64,000 nt of DNA from Pseudogracilibacillus sp. GTDB lineage: Bacteria; Bacillota; Bacilli; Bacillales; Amphibacillaceae. Positions 9,490-20,303 of the stretch are shown here, one piece after another. Positions within the stretch are counted from its first letter, which is position 1, and every line of letters starts with the position of its first letter. The notes below the pieces were generated by a model, which was not told where the DNA came from, did no database searches, and was given only the letters and a program-made list of their open reading frames with translations. Where the stretch lies: positions 15,118-79,117 of the forward strand of contig JAPFDT010000043.1 of the NCBI GenBank assembly GCA_026169815.1. The letters run 5' to 3'. The position numbers and the translations under genes are program-made.

Positions 9490-10431
9490 ATGGCAAAAAT
9501 TTGTGTAGTAGGCAGTGTGAATATGGATATCGTAACATACGTAAATGATATTCCAGTTCGCGGACAAACAGTAAATGGAAAAAAACTAGTAGAAACAGCA
9601 GGAGGGAAAGGAGCGAACCAGGCAGTCGCAGTAGCGAAACAAAATAAAGACGTTGCGCTCATTGGATGTATCGGCGATGATTACCACGGAGATATGTTAC
9701 TCCAAAGTTTACGCGAATATAAGGTCGATACTTCGAAATTGAAACAATTACAAGACACAGCTAGCGGAAAAACATCAATCGTTGTCGAAGATTCAGGGGA
9801 AAATTTCATTATTTATTTAGAAGGTGCTAATAAAAAATTAGACAAAGGCTACGTACGTAACACAATACAAGCCGAAAAGAATTGTGAAGTATTGCTTGTA
9901 CAATTAGAAAGTCCATATGATGTCGTTTTAGAAGCGATGAAAACAGCGCACGAACAAGGAATAAAAGTTATCTTAGATCCAGCACCATCCAATCACGTAA
10001 CAGATGAGTTACTACAGTATGCTCATTTAGTATTACCTAATGAACAAGAAACAAGAGAGATTACTGGTATAACGATTACCGATGAAGCATCAGCGCTCAC
10101 TGCAGCTACTATTTTTAAACAAAAAGGGATTGAACAAGGTGTATTAAAAGTAGGCGCAACAGGCTCATATGTGTTTGACAAACAAGATATGACATTTATC
10201 GATGCCATCCAAGTTAAAGCAATTGACACGGTCGGTGCAGGTGATTGTTTTGCAGGGGCATTTGCAAGTGCATATGTCGATGGATTGTCATTAGTAGAAG
10301 CAGCAAAACACGCTAATATTGTTGCAGCACTAAAAGTAACGAAAGCAGGAGCGCAAGACGGAATACCAACACAACAAGAAGTGAAAGACTTTTGTACGGA
10401 AAGAAACTTACCATGTTATGTAACGAAATAA
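9490..10431 (+). CDS. rbsK: Ribokinase
   Basis: ATG at 9490 follows GGGAGG (the ORF extends back to 9469). PfkB motifs present: [23 protein letters not shown]. Confidence 0.9.
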   Translation: MAKICVVGSVNMDIVTYVNDIPVRGQTVNGKKLVETAGGKGANQAVAVAKQNKDVALIGCIGDDYHGDMLLQSLREYKVDTSKLKQLQDTASGKTSIVVEDSGENFIIYLEGANKKLDKGYVRNTIQAEKNCEVLLVQLESPYDVVLEAMKTAHEQGIKVILDPAPSNHVTDELLQYAHLVLPNEQETREITGITITDEASALTAATIFKQKGIEQGVLKVGATGSYVFDKQDMTFIDAIQVKAIDTVGAGDCFAGAFASAYVDGLSLVEAAKHANIVAALKVTKAGAQDGIPTQQEVKDFCTERNLPCYVTK

Positions 10432-10480
10432 ATCCGGAACAACAAAGTCGAGAAAGAAAAAGAAACTAGGAGGTGCTAAG

Positions 10481-11992
10481 ATGCGACAAACCCCTTTTGT
10501 TGAAATGACAGGAATAGATAAAGCATTCGATGGAAATAAAGTATTGCAGAATGTTCATTTAACGGTAAATAAAGGTGAAGTGCATGCACTCATGGGAGAA
10601 AACGGTGCAGGTAAATCAACTTTAATTAAAATTATGTGTGGGGTTCATTCACGTGATGCAGGTGAAGTGAAAGTAAATAACGAGCCAATTGTATTTAAAA
10701 CACCTAAAGAAGCCGAAGAACGAGGCATTAATATTATTCATCAAGAGTTAAATATTATTCCAGAATTAACTGTGACACAAAACATGTTTTTAGGTAAAGA
10801 GTTAACGTACGGAAAAACAGGTATTTTAAATAAACAAGCAATGCGAAAAGCAACGAAAAAAAGCTTACTAGAACTCGGTGTAGATTCAATTCATCCTGAT
10901 GAATTAGCCGGAAACTTATCAGTTGGTCAGCAACAAATGATCGAAATCGCCCGCGCTCTAGCGACAAAGTCAGAATTAATTGTCATGGATGAACCAACAG
11001 CAGCACTGACTGACCGTGAAATCGAAAGTTTATTCGAAGTTATTAACTCTCTACGTGACCGAGGTGTTAGTATTATTTACGTGTCACATAGAATGGAGGA
11101 AATTTTTGCTATATGTGACCGGATTACTGTATTGCGTGATGGATTATATGTCGGAACAGAAGTAATTAAGGAAACGACATTTGACGATATAGTAAGAATG
11201 ATGGTAGGACGCGAACTAGGTGAACGATTCCCTACGCGTCATGCAGAAATAGGCGATGTCGTTTTATCTGTTGAAAATTTAGCATTAGCAGGCGTATTTA
11301 AAGATGTGAGTTTCCATGTACGAGCTGGTGAAATACTTGGCGTAGCTGGATTAATGGGAGCAGGACGAACTGAAGTAGTCGAAACTATTTTTGGTTATAG
11401 AAAAAAAGAACAAGGTGAAGTAAAGTTACATGGAAAATCGATTGAAATTAACCATCCAGTTGATGCTGTACAACATGGGATAGCCTTTATAACGGAAGAT
11501 AGAAAAGATAAAGGACTACTAATCGACGCGTCGATTCGAGATAATGTCGCTTTAACAAATTTATCAACGATATCAAAATCAGGTGTTGTCATACGCTCAA
11601 AAGAAAAATCCCTCGTCGATGATTTAGTGAAACGGCTGCACGTTCGGATGGCACATGTTCATCAACCAGTGAAAAGTCTAAGTGGAGGAAACCAACAAAA
11701 AGTAGTTATCGCCAAATGGTTAGGCATCCAACCACAAGTATTAATATTAGACGAGCCTACACGTGGTGTTGATATCGGTGCAAAGAAGGAAATCTATTCT
11801 ATTATGAATGAACTAAGTGAAAATGGAGTAGCTATTGTGATGATATCATCGGAATTACCAGAAGTACTAGGCATAAGTGATCGAATTATGGTACTTCATG
11901 AAGGAAAAGTGATGCGTAAGCTACAACGCGAAGAAGCCGATCAAGAAAAAATTATGTTAGCAGCGACTGGGAGGTATCATGATGAGAAATAA
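10481..11992 (+). CDS. rbsA: Ribose/sugar ABC transporter ATP-binding protein (duplicated NBD)
   Basis: Walker [10 protein letters not shown]; signatures LSVGQQQ and LSGGNQQK; 503 aa with two NBDs. Confidence 0.9.
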   Translation: MRQTPFVEMTGIDKAFDGNKVLQNVHLTVNKGEVHALMGENGAGKSTLIKIMCGVHSRDAGEVKVNNEPIVFKTPKEAEERGINIIHQELNIIPELTVTQNMFLGKELTYGKTGILNKQAMRKATKKSLLELGVDSIHPDELAGNLSVGQQQMIEIARALATKSELIVMDEPTAALTDREIESLFEVINSLRDRGVSIIYVSHRMEEIFAICDRITVLRDGLYVGTEVIKETTFDDIVRMMVGRELGERFPTRHAEIGDVVLSVENLALAGVFKDVSFHVRAGEILGVAGLMGAGRTEVVETIFGYRKKEQGEVKLHGKSIEINHPVDAVQHGIAFITEDRKDKGLLIDASIRDNVALTNLSTISKSGVVIRSKEKSLVDDLVKRLHVRMAHVHQPVKSLSGGNQQKVVIAKWLGIQPQVLILDEPTRGVDIGAKKEIYSIMNELSENGVAIVMISSELPEVLGISDRIMVLHEGKVMRKLQREEADQEKIMLAATGRYHDEK

Positions 11993-12917
11993 GCTGAGTG
12001 AAAATATAGCAAAAATAGGACCACTCATCGGACTCGTTTTTATAGTTATCTTATTAGCCTTTTTAAGTGATAGCTTTTTAACGGTTGATAATATATTAAA
12101 TTTACTACGTCAAATATCGATTAACGCATTAATTGCATTCGGTATGACATTTGTTATTTTAACAGCTGGAATTGACTTATCTGTCGGGTCTTTACTCGCC
12201 TTAGGAAGTGCTCTGACAGCAGGAATGTTATCGAGCGGAATGGATCCAATTTTAGCGATTTTTCTAGGGTTAATTATTGGATTAGTATTAGGTGCTTTAA
12301 ATGGATTAATTATTACAAAAGGAAAAGTCGCGCCATTTATTGCGACATTAGCGACGATGACGATTTTCCGGGGAGCAACATTAGTATATACAGATGGAAA
12401 ACCAGTAACAGGATTATCTGATAGTGTGTTATTCCAAATGATGGGGAAAGGGTATTTCTTCTTTATTCCAGTTCCAGTCATTATTATGTTAGTCGTCTTC
12501 CTTGTTTTATACTTTATTTTACACAATACAGTGTTTGGCCGCCGCGTCTATGCGGTTGGTGGAAATGAAGAAGCTGCCACATTATCTGGTGTGAAATCAG
12601 ACCGCATTAAAATATTAGTGTACTCACTTACAGGAATGTTAGCTGTTTTAGCAGGGATTATTTTAACGAGCCGTTTGAATTCCGCACAACCGACAGCTGG
12701 AACGATGTATGAACTAGATGCTATTGCAGCAGTCGTAATAGGTGGGACGAGCTTAATGGGTGGACGTGGACGGATTACTGGGACATTGATCGGTGCATTA
12801 ATTATCGGTGTCATTAGTAACGGACTTAACTTACTTAACGTCTCCTCCTTTTATCAACAAATTGTAAAAGGTGCAGTTATCTTATTTGCTGTTATGCTTG
12901 ATCGCAGTCGAGATTAA
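11979..12917 (+). CDS. rbsC: Ribose ABC transporter permease
   Basis: Polytopic membrane protein of the RbsC/AraH family ([20 protein letters not shown]). Overlaps the end of rbsA. Confidence 0.88.
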   Translation: MMRNKLSENIAKIGPLIGLVFIVILLAFLSDSFLTVDNILNLLRQISINALIAFGMTFVILTAGIDLSVGSLLALGSALTAGMLSSGMDPILAIFLGLIIGLVLGALNGLIITKGKVAPFIATLATMTIFRGATLVYTDGKPVTGLSDSVLFQMMGKGYFFFIPVPVIIMLVVFLVLYFILHNTVFGRRVYAVGGNEEAATLSGVKSDRIKILVYSLTGMLAVLAGIILTSRLNSAQPTAGTMYELDAIAAVVIGGTSLMGGRGRITGTLIGALIIGVISNGLNLLNVSSFYQQIVKGAVILFAVMLDRSRD

Positions 12918-12956
12918 ATTATAAAAAAACACAATATATTATTTGGAGGAATTAAC

Positions 12957-13907
12957 ATGAAAAGAATAATAACGAGTTTTTTAGCATTAACATTATTAAT
13001 TGTTTTAGGAGCATGTTCATTAGATAAACCTGGTTCAGATTCAGACGATGAAGCAACAGATGATAATGCAACAACAGAAGAAGCAAGCGAATTAAAAGTT
13101 GGTTTTTCTATATCGACATTAAACAACCCATTCTTTGTCGATTTACGTAACGGAGCAGAAGACGCAGCAGAAGCAGAAGATATTGATATAGTTGTAGCAG
13201 ATGCACAAGATGATGCTTCTAAACAAATTAATGACATTGAAGATTTATTGCAACAAAATATTGACGTATTAATTGTAAATCCAACAGAAGGAGAATCAGT
13301 TGTCGCTGGTATTGAAGCAGCAAATAATGCGGACATTCCAGTTATTACTGTAGACCGTAGCGCTGCAAGTGGCGAAATCGTCACACATATTGCTTCAGAT
13401 AACGTAAGAGGTGGAGAAATGGCAGCAGAGCACATTGAAGAAATCCTTGGCGCAGATGGAGGTAAATTAATTGAGTTAGAAGGTATTTCAGGTGCCGCAT
13501 CAGCAATTGAACGTGGGGAAGGTTTCCACAATATTATAGATGATTTAACTGAATTCGATATTGTCGCAAGTCAAACGGCAAATTTTGATAGGACAGAAGG
13601 ATTATCAGTAACAGAAAATATTTTACAAGGTAATAAAGATGTTCAAGCTATTTTTGCTCATAATGATGAAATGGCATTAGGTGCCGTTGAAGCGTTAGAG
13701 TCACAAGGTATGTTAGATGATGTTATCGTTGTCGGATTCGACGCGACAGATGATGCGCTGGTAGCAGTAGAAGATGACCGTATGGAAGCGACAATTGCTC
13801 AACAGCCTGATTTAATTAGCGAAGCAGCTATTCAAGCAGCAATTGACATTTATAACGGTGAAGATTTAGAAGATTTCATTCCAGTAGATCTTGAATTAAT
13901 TAAATAA
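12957..13907 (+). CDS. rbsB: Ribose-binding lipoprotein
   Basis: Lipobox LIVLGAC. Periplasmic-binding fold (LKVGFSISTLNNPFFV, IFAHNDEMALGA). Confidence 0.85.
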   Translation: MKRIITSFLALTLLIVLGACSLDKPGSDSDDEATDDNATTEEASELKVGFSISTLNNPFFVDLRNGAEDAAEAEDIDIVVADAQDDASKQINDIEDLLQQNIDVLIVNPTEGESVVAGIEAANNADIPVITVDRSAASGEIVTHIASDNVRGGEMAAEHIEEILGADGGKLIELEGISGAASAIERGEGFHNIIDDLTEFDIVASQTANFDRTEGLSVTENILQGNKDVQAIFAHNDEMALGAVEALESQGMLDDVIVVGFDATDDALVAVEDDRMEATIAQQPDLISEAAIQAAIDIYNGEDLEDFIPVDLELIK

Positions 13908-13913
13908 TAATCC

Positions 13914-13967
13914 ATCCCTTTGTTTATTGTGATATTTTACGATAATAAGCAAAGGGATTTTTTTAAT
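13914..13967 (+). terminator. Terminator after rbsB
   Basis: TCCCTTTG pairs with CAAAGGGA, followed by TTTTTTT. Confidence 0.7.
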
Positions 13968-14030
13968 GGAGCATACTAGGGAAAAAATTGGTTAAGCTAA
14001 CAACGAAGCAAAAAGAGAAGGAGGGATACT

Positions 14031-14282
14031 ATGTTGAAAAAAATCTCCATCGCATTGTTTGCAGTATTGTTCGCGACAGCTTGTGGAACTGCTAATAATG
14101 AACCTGCTCCAAATGATGTTCCAGATGAGGAAAATATTGCCCCAGACAACCAAGACGAGCTTGATCCACGAGACGGAGAGGGGCTAGATGAAGAGCCAAT
14201 GCCGGAGGATCAGCCGGATGTGGATATGGAAGAAGAACCGTTAGATGAAAATGACCGAGAAAATGATCGAGATCGCGAGTAA
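14031..14282 (+). CDS. Small acidic lipoprotein, function unknown
   Basis: Signal peptide with lipobox LFATAC; the rest is a D/E/P-rich low-complexity tail. RBS GAAGGAGGG lies upstream. Confidence 0.6.
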   Translation: MLKKISIALFAVLFATACGTANNEPAPNDVPDEENIAPDNQDELDPRDGEGLDEEPMPEDQPDVDMEEEPLDENDRENDRDRE

Positions 14283-14315
14283 ATAACAAGACGATGTAAG
14301 AACATATATGATAAA

Positions 14316-14356
14316 AACATCCGCCCTCATGCGATGATGATGGCGGATATTTTTAA
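14316..14356. terminator. Bidirectional terminator between the lipoprotein gene and the IclR gene
   Basis: ATCCGCC (14319-14325) pairs with GGCGGAT (14342-14348), flanked by an A-run and a T-run. Confidence 0.7.
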
Positions 14357-14364
14357 TCATTTAT

Positions 14365-15123
14365 TTATTTCACGTAACCTAATCGCTCAGAGATCTCTTC
14401 TGTCGCTTTCAGTAATTTTTCTGCGTAAATTTTCACATCTTCTGTTTGATAATTTGCTTCCATTCCTGCGATACTTAAACCTGCCACAACATTTCCAGTA
14501 TGATCAAATATCGGAGCCGCTATTTCGGATGTGTAGTCATATAACTCCGAATGACTTACCGTATAACCATCTGTCTTTGCTCGCTCAATTAATTGATACA
14601 ATGTGTTCTTATCCGTGATTGTACCTTTCGCTAACTTAGCAAAATCTGTACCTTCTATATAATCGTCAATGACATCAGTAGGCAAATAAGCTAGAATAAT
14701 GCGCGAACAAGCCCCAGCATACAAAGGACTCTCTCTACCAATGGCCGTATATAAACGCACCTTTTGTTTCGTGTCTATTTTTTCAATATACATCGTCGTG
14801 TCCTTACTTTGTTGGATTGTTAAATTAATCGCTTCTTCCACATCATTATGCAATGCCTTCATAATTGGATAAGCTGTTTCGCGAATATCTAATCGGGAAG
14901 AAACCAGTGAACCAAATTGAAGAAAAATTAGCCCAAGCCGATAATTCGCATCAGCTCCTTTTTCTAAAAATCCCATACCTTCAAGTGTGGACAACATTCG
15001 ATAAACGGACGTTTTAGGAATACCAGATAAATCAATAATCTCTTGAAAAGATAGTTGCGGATGATCGATAAACAAATTTAAAATTTCCATAGAACGGACA
15101 ACTGTTTTATTTTGATAACTCAT
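14365..15123 (-). CDS. IclR-family transcriptional regulator
   Basis: N-terminal wHTH (RSMEILNLFIDHPQLSFQEIIDLSGIPKTSVYRMLSTLE) plus an IclR effector domain. ATG at 15123 lies 8 nt after GAGGTGG (the ORF extends to 15135). Confidence 0.9.
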   Translation of the reverse strand: MSYQNKTVVRSMEILNLFIDHPQLSFQEIIDLSGIPKTSVYRMLSTLEGMGFLEKGADANYRLGLIFLQFGSLVSSRLDIRETAYPIMKALHNDVEEAINLTIQQSKDTTMYIEKIDTKQKVRLYTAIGRESPLYAGACSRIILAYLPTDVIDDYIEGTDFAKLAKGTITDKNTLYQLIERAKTDGYTVSHSELYDYTSEIAAPIFDHTGNVVAGLSIAGMEANYQTEDVKIYAEKLLKATEEISERLGYVK

Positions 15124-15202
15124 TATTAATGCCACCTCATAAAAAATAACCTAAATATATTTTAACATATTTATCCTTAGAACTATAATTGAAGTATAGG
15201 AA

Positions 15203-15702
15203 GTTGATCGTTCTCCTATCTTGGAATTTGCTCTCCCGCTTTGGACTTTGCTCTCCCGCCTTGTAATTTGCTCTCCCGCCCTGGAATTTGCTCTCCCTCT
15301 TTGGACTTTGCTCTCCCGCTTTGGACTTTGCTCTCCCGCCTTGTAATTTGCTCTCCCGCCCTGGAATTTGCTCTCCCGCTCTGGATTTTGCTCTCCCGCC
15401 CTGGAATTTGCTCTCCCTCCTCGGACTTTGCTCTCCCGCCCTGGACTTTGCTCTCCCGCCTTGGATTTTGCTCTCCCGCCCTGGAATTTGCTCTCCCGCT
15501 TTGGACTTTGCTCTCCCGCCTTGTAATTTGCTCTCCCGCCTTGGAATTTGCTCTCTCGCCTTGGAATTTGCTCTCCCGCCCTGGAATTTGCTCTCCCTCT
15601 TTGGACTTTGCTCTCCCGCCCTGGATTTTGCTCTCCCGCCCTGGAAATTGCTCTCCCGCCTTGGAAATTGCTCTCCCTACCCGCATTTTGCTCTCGCTCT
15701 GC
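15203..15702 (-). repeat. Tandem array of about 25 x 20-bp units, core GAGAGCA on the minus strand
   Basis: The + strand reads TTGCTCTCCCGCCYTGGAAT head-to-tail; reverse complement consensus is GAGAGCAAATTCCAAGGCGG. At least five reading frames are open and none has an RBS. Confidence 0.95.
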
Positions 15703-15975
15703 AAAACTTTCACAATCCCTCATGAATTATCACTTTTCGAGATTAAATTACTTGTAAACTTGTATGATGCGTGTATCATGGAAAAGTATAAGAAGTTGTT
15801 CAAAAAGTCTGGTAAAAAGAATGATTTGCTTTTCTTGATAGGTTTGCTATTTAACGTGCATCAGCTATTTTCATAATTTTTTCTGTTAAAAAACGCAACC
15901 GAATCGAAATGCTAGATTTTTTATCCTCTTGATGAACAAATAGTAGAGATTTTTTATTAAATAGGAGGACATCGT

Positions 15976-16833
15976 ATGCGTAAAATTATCTTTTCAGTTT
16001 GTTTAGGACTTATCCTTATATTAGCCGCTTGCAGTAACGATGAGGAAACAAATGACAACACAGAAGCGGCACCAACACCCGTAGAAGTAGCAAAAGTAAA
16101 AACAGGTGATTTTATTATTGAAAAAACATTGTACGGTGAAACATCACCTGAGAAACAAATGCCAGTTATGCTAGAACAGCCGTCAGAGATTAAAACTGTT
16201 CACGTAAAAAATGGCGACAAAGTAAAAAAAGACGATAAACTCATTACGATAAAAACACCAGCAGGAGATCAATCGGTCAATGCAAGTACAGATGGAGTGG
16301 TTGGCCAATTAACAGCAAAAGCAGGAAGTTTCCAATCAAATGAAGACCCAATTCTTGTCATTGCAGATTTAGATACATTAACCATTCATTATATGGTCAC
16401 AGCGAATGCACGCGATTTATTTAAAGTAGACGATAAGCTAGATGTTGAAATAAACAATGACACTTATGAAGCAAAAGTAACCTCGATTGACACATTACCG
16501 AATGAAACAGGCCAATATGCAGTCGAGTTTGAATTAGAAAATAAAGATAACGACGTTTTACCTGGTGAACCAGCAAAGGTGAAGGTAGCAGAGGAAAAGG
16601 TGAAGAAAACGAAAATCATTCCAACAGAAGCGGTTCTTACAGAAGGGGATGAACAATTCATCTTTATCGTCCGTGACGACCAGGTTGAGCGTGTCCTTGT
16701 TGAAGTCCAAGAAACACAATCAGATAAATCAGCTGTAAAAGCAGACATAAAAAAAGATGATCAAGTCGTCGTAAATGGGCACTTTACATTGACAGATCAA
16801 GCAGAAATCGACGTTCAAAAGGAAGATAAATAA
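15976..16833 (+). CDS. Efflux RND transporter periplasmic adaptor (membrane fusion protein), lipoprotein
   Basis: Lipobox LILILAAC; biotinyl-lipoyl-like and beta-barrel segments. Immediately precedes the RND pump and is translationally coupled to it. Confidence 0.75.
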   Translation: MRKIIFSVCLGLILILAACSNDEETNDNTEAAPTPVEVAKVKTGDFIIEKTLYGETSPEKQMPVMLEQPSEIKTVHVKNGDKVKKDDKLITIKTPAGDQSVNASTDGVVGQLTAKAGSFQSNEDPILVIADLDTLTIHYMVTANARDLFKVDDKLDVEINNDTYEAKVTSIDTLPNETGQYAVEFELENKDNDVLPGEPAKVKVAEEKVKKTKIIPTEAVLTEGDEQFIFIVRDDQVERVLVEVQETQSDKSAVKADIKKDDQVVVNGHFTLTDQAEIDVQKEDK

Positions 16834-16835
16834 CG

Positions 16836-19800
16836 ATGAAATTAGTTTCCTTATCCGTTAGAAGACCTGTTGGCGTCATTATGATTGTACTAGCGATTAT
16901 TGCCCTAGGGTTTGTCTCGGTTCGAAATTTAGCCGTTGATTTATTCCCGAAAATTGATTTACCAATCGCAGTTATTGCGACAACATATGACGATGCAGCA
17001 CCAGAAGAAGTTGAAAATCTCATATCCAAACCAGTAGAATCAGCGATTAGTTCTGTTGAAGGAATTGAGGAAGTCCAGACACAATCCGAAACAGACGCAT
17101 CAGTCGTTGTTATGATGTTTAAAAATGGTACAGATTTAGACCAAGCATTACTCGATGTGAGAGAACGAGTCGATCAAGTAAAAGGTATGTTACCTGACAG
17201 GGCAGGAGATCCAAATATTATGCGTTTTAGCCCTGATGAATTACCTGTTATGTGGATTAGTCTAACAGGTCAAGATACGGATGTATTAACAGACCTGGCG
17301 GATGACCAAGTCGTGCCATTTTTTGAACGACAAGAAGGAGTCGCCTCTGTATCTGTCGAAGGGGAAAAAACTCGTGAAATTCAGCTCATTTTAGATGAAG
17401 CGGCAATGATGCAATATGGGGTCAACCCACAAGAAGTCATGCAAGCTTTAAATGATGCAAACCAAGCAAGTTCTGTCGGTACAATTGATAAAGGTACCCA
17501 AGACTTACAAGTACGTATGACAGGTGAATTTGCATCCATTGACGATATTAAGCAAACGACCATTACATCACAGTCTGGAGCAAGTATCGTCGTCCAAGAT
17601 GTAGCCGAGGTAAAAGATGATTTTAAAAAGTCAGATGATCTCACCCTTGTAAATGGTGATCCATCACTCGTCTTATCAATTATGAAAAAGACGGACGCAA
17701 ACTCAGTTGACGTAGCAAAAAATATTCATAAATATATCGCTGATTTAGAAGAAGATTTACCAGCAGATGTCGGTGTGAATGTCGTAATCGATACATCAGA
17801 GTTCATTCAAGAATCGGTTGATTCCGTTATTCAAAATATTTTAATCGGTGGCGCGATATCTGTTTTCGTTTTACTATTATTTTTAAAAAGTATTCGTGCA
17901 ACAATTGTTATTGGTTTATCGATACCAATTGCGATTATTTCAACATTTGCACTCATGTACTTTACCGGTGAAACGTTAAATATTTTAACACTCGGTGGTT
18001 TAGCACTAGGAATCGGAATGATGGTAGACAGTTCCATCGTTATTTTGGAAAATATATATTCCTACAGGCAGCGTGGTCACGATCTAATTGATTCAGCGAT
18101 TAAAGGAGCTGCGGAATTAACGCCGGCCGTAATTGCATCAACGACAACTACATTAGTCGTCTTTTTACCGATTGTGTATGTGGAAGGAATCGCATCAGAT
18201 ATTTTCACACCACTCGCTTTAACGGTCTCATTTTCGTTAATCGCATCACTAGTCGTTGCGGTAACATTAGTGCCAATGCTTTCATCGAAATTATTATCAA
18301 AAGCAATGGACGATGGACGACGCTATTGGTTCGATAATCTATTAGAAAAATTAAACAACACTTATGCACGGGCACTAGAAAAAGTATTGAAATTTAGAAA
18401 AACATCTATTCTCGTAACGGTCTTATTAATGGTTGGAAGTTTAGGACTCATTCCATTTATTGGTGCAGAATTCATTCCAGCTGGAGATCAAGGACAATTA
18501 ACCGTTAATGTAGAAACAGCACCAGGAACGAACGTCAAACATACGGAAAAAGTCGTTGACCAAGTAAATGAAAAAATGAATAAATATGAAGATACGATTG
18601 ACGTTAGTTACGTCACAGTTGGTGGCGGAGATTTTGCAACAGGCGGATCAAGCGGAAACCAAGCTAGTTTTACTGTCCAATTAGTTCCGCAATCTGACCG
18701 TTCCATGACAACAGCTGAATTCGTACAAAAATTAAATGACGATGTAGCATCGATTGCCGGAGCAGAGATTACGATAAGTGAAATGGAAGCAGGCGTCGGT
18801 ATGGGCGACCCAATCCAAATTAACTTAAACGGAAAAGAACATGACGTCCTCCGTGATTTAGGAAATCAAGTCGTCGCAGAAATAGAGGATATCGATGGCG
18901 TGTACAATCCAGAATCAGGATCAGACTTAGGTGTTCCACAATTAAAAGTAGAAATTGATCAAGATAAAGCAGCATTTCACAAGTTATCAACTGAAGATAT
19001 TCAATCGCAAATTGAAATGAATTTTATCGGGCAAGTCGTCACAGTATATCGCGAAGACGGACGTGAAATTGACGTCACGATGATGTACCCAGAAGACGCC
19101 CATAATACAATTGCAGATTTAGAAGATATGAAAATCCAAACAGAAGAAGGTGCCAGCATCCCACTCGTCGATGTCGCAGATTTTATCGAAGAGCAAGGAG
19201 CCGTCACATTAGTTAGGCAAAATCAACAAGCACAAATGAGCGTTACATCAGAATTATCTGATCGAGATTTAAGCAGTGTAACGAAAGATATCGAAAAAAC
19301 ATTAGATAAGATGAGCTTCCCAGAAGGATATACGTATTCGATCGGCGGCGAAGCAGAAGACATGCAAGAATCATTCGCAGATTTAACAATGGCACTTATC
19401 TTCTCGATATTCTTAGTTTACGCTGTAATGGCAATTCAATTTGAAAACTTTTTATTCCCGTTCATCATCATGTTTTCAATGCCAGCAACCGTTATCGGAA
19501 TTGTATTCGGATTATTTGTCAGTGGTCTATCATTTAGTATTCCAGCGTTCATCGGTATTATTATGCTCGCCGGAATCGTCGTTAACAACTCCATCATCCT
19601 CGTCGACTATATTAATATATTGCGACGTCGCGGCATGGAACGTCATGAAGCAATTATCGAAGCCGGAAAAAGCCGACTCCGCCCAATACTCATGACAACA
19701 TTAACGACAGTCCTAGCGATGATCCCACTCGGTTTAGCACTAGGCGAAGGAGCGGAAATGCAACAACCACTCGCCATAACAATTATATTCGGCTTGAGTG

Positions 19801-19895
19801 TATCAAGTATATTCACACTACTACTCATCCCAATCGTCTACACATACTTTGACGATTTAACGAGAAAAATCTTACGCCGAGATACAAATATTTAA
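16836..19895 (+). CDS. RND (AcrB/SwrC-type) efflux transporter permease
   Basis: 1019 aa. N-terminal RRPVGVIMIVLAIIALG, 12-TM architecture with two large loops, and a C-terminal RLRPILMTTLTTVLAMIPL motif. Confidence 0.92.
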   Translation: MKLVSLSVRRPVGVIMIVLAIIALGFVSVRNLAVDLFPKIDLPIAVIATTYDDAAPEEVENLISKPVESAISSVEGIEEVQTQSETDASVVVMMFKNGTDLDQALLDVRERVDQVKGMLPDRAGDPNIMRFSPDELPVMWISLTGQDTDVLTDLADDQVVPFFERQEGVASVSVEGEKTREIQLILDEAAMMQYGVNPQEVMQALNDANQASSVGTIDKGTQDLQVRMTGEFASIDDIKQTTITSQSGASIVVQDVAEVKDDFKKSDDLTLVNGDPSLVLSIMKKTDANSVDVAKNIHKYIADLEEDLPADVGVNVVIDTSEFIQESVDSVIQNILIGGAISVFVLLLFLKSIRATIVIGLSIPIAIISTFALMYFTGETLNILTLGGLALGIGMMVDSSIVILENIYSYRQRGHDLIDSAIKGAAELTPAVIASTTTTLVVFLPIVYVEGIASDIFTPLALTVSFSLIASLVVAVTLVPMLSSKLLSKAMDDGRRYWFDNLLEKLNNTYARALEKVLKFRKTSILVTVLLMVGSLGLIPFIGAEFIPAGDQGQLTVNVETAPGTNVKHTEKVVDQVNEKMNKYEDTIDVSYVTVGGGDFATGGSSGNQASFTVQLVPQSDRSMTTAEFVQKLNDDVASIAGAEITISEMEAGVGMGDPIQINLNGKEHDVLRDLGNQVVAEIEDIDGVYNPESGSDLGVPQLKVEIDQDKAAFHKLSTEDIQSQIEMNFIGQVVTVYREDGREIDVTMMYPEDAHNTIADLEDMKIQTEEGASIPLVDVADFIEEQGAVTLVRQNQQAQMSVTSELSDRDLSSVTKDIEKTLDKMSFPEGYTYSIGGEAEDMQESFADLTMALIFSIFLVYAVMAIQFENFLFPFIIMFSMPATVIGIVFGLFVSGLSFSIPAFIGIIMLAGIVVNNSIILVDYINILRRRGMERHEAIIEAGKSRLRPILMTTLTTVLAMIPLGLALGEGAEMQQPLAITIIFGLSVSSIFTLLLIPIVYTYFDDLTRKILRRDTNI

Positions 19896-19898
19896 AAC

Positions 19899-19938
19899 AA
19901 TCCCGCGCCCCAGCACAATTGGGAGCGCGGGATTTTTG
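19899..19938 (+). terminator. Terminator after the RND pump gene
   Basis: AATCCCGCGC pairs with GCGCGGGATT, followed by TTTTT. Confidence 0.85.
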
Positions 19939-19941
19939 TAT

Positions 19942-20240
19942 GGAGCGAAATCTTGAGCGGGAGAGCAAGATTCTGATTGGGAGAGCAAGACTCTGATTGG
20001 GAGAGCAGAGTTTTAGTTAGGAGAGCAAAGTTTTAGTTAGGAGAGCAAAGTTTTAGTTTGGAGAGCAAGGTTTTAGTTTGGAGAGCAAAGTTTTAGTTTG
20101 GAGAGCAAGGTTTTGTTTGGGAGAGCAAAGTTTTGTTTGGGAGAGCAAGGTTTTAGTTGGGAGAGCAAGGTTTTGTTTGGGAGAGCAAGATTCTGATTGG
20201 GAGAGCAAGAATCTGAGCTCGAGAGCAAAATCACGATCGT
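19942..20240 (+). repeat. Tandem array of 15 x 20-bp units, core GAGAGCA on the plus strand
   Basis: GAGAGC occurs at 19961, 19981 ... 20221 with exact 20-bp phasing. Consensus is GAGAGCAARRTTYTRDTTKG. Confidence 0.95.
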
Positions 20241-20249
20241 AAGTACTAT

Positions 20250-20283
20250 TAAAATAGGAAAGTTCTAGCGATTGCTAGAACTC
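20250..20283 (-). terminator. Terminator after the NERD gene
   Basis: AGTTCTAGC pairs with GCTAGAACT; on the minus strand it is followed by TTCCTATTTT. Confidence 0.55.
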
Positions 20284-20303
20284 TCTTCTCTAATTGATTT
20301 GCT

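Noticed and set aside
12914-13531. 205-aa minus-strand ORF
   Set aside because: It is antisense to rbsB. The Ser/Ala-rich product is typical of a shadow ORF opposite a GAA/GCA-rich gene.
14334-14618. 94-aa + strand ORF
   Set aside because: It lies antisense within the well-supported IclR regulator gene and has no RBS and a low-complexity product.
15203-15702. CRISPR array interpretation of the short-repeat arrays
   Set aside because: Units abut directly with no unique spacers. The unit length (20 bp) is below typical repeat-plus-spacer periodicity. There is no palindromic repeat and no cas genes anywhere in the window.
15151-15876. Five overlapping ORFs on both strands (e.g. GRANSRAGEQIPRRESKFQG repeats)
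   Set aside because: This is an artefact of the 20-bp array, whose 60-bp super-period yields 20-aa pseudo-repeats in every frame. No translation signals are present. The same applies to ORFs 21397..21743 and 56496..56792.
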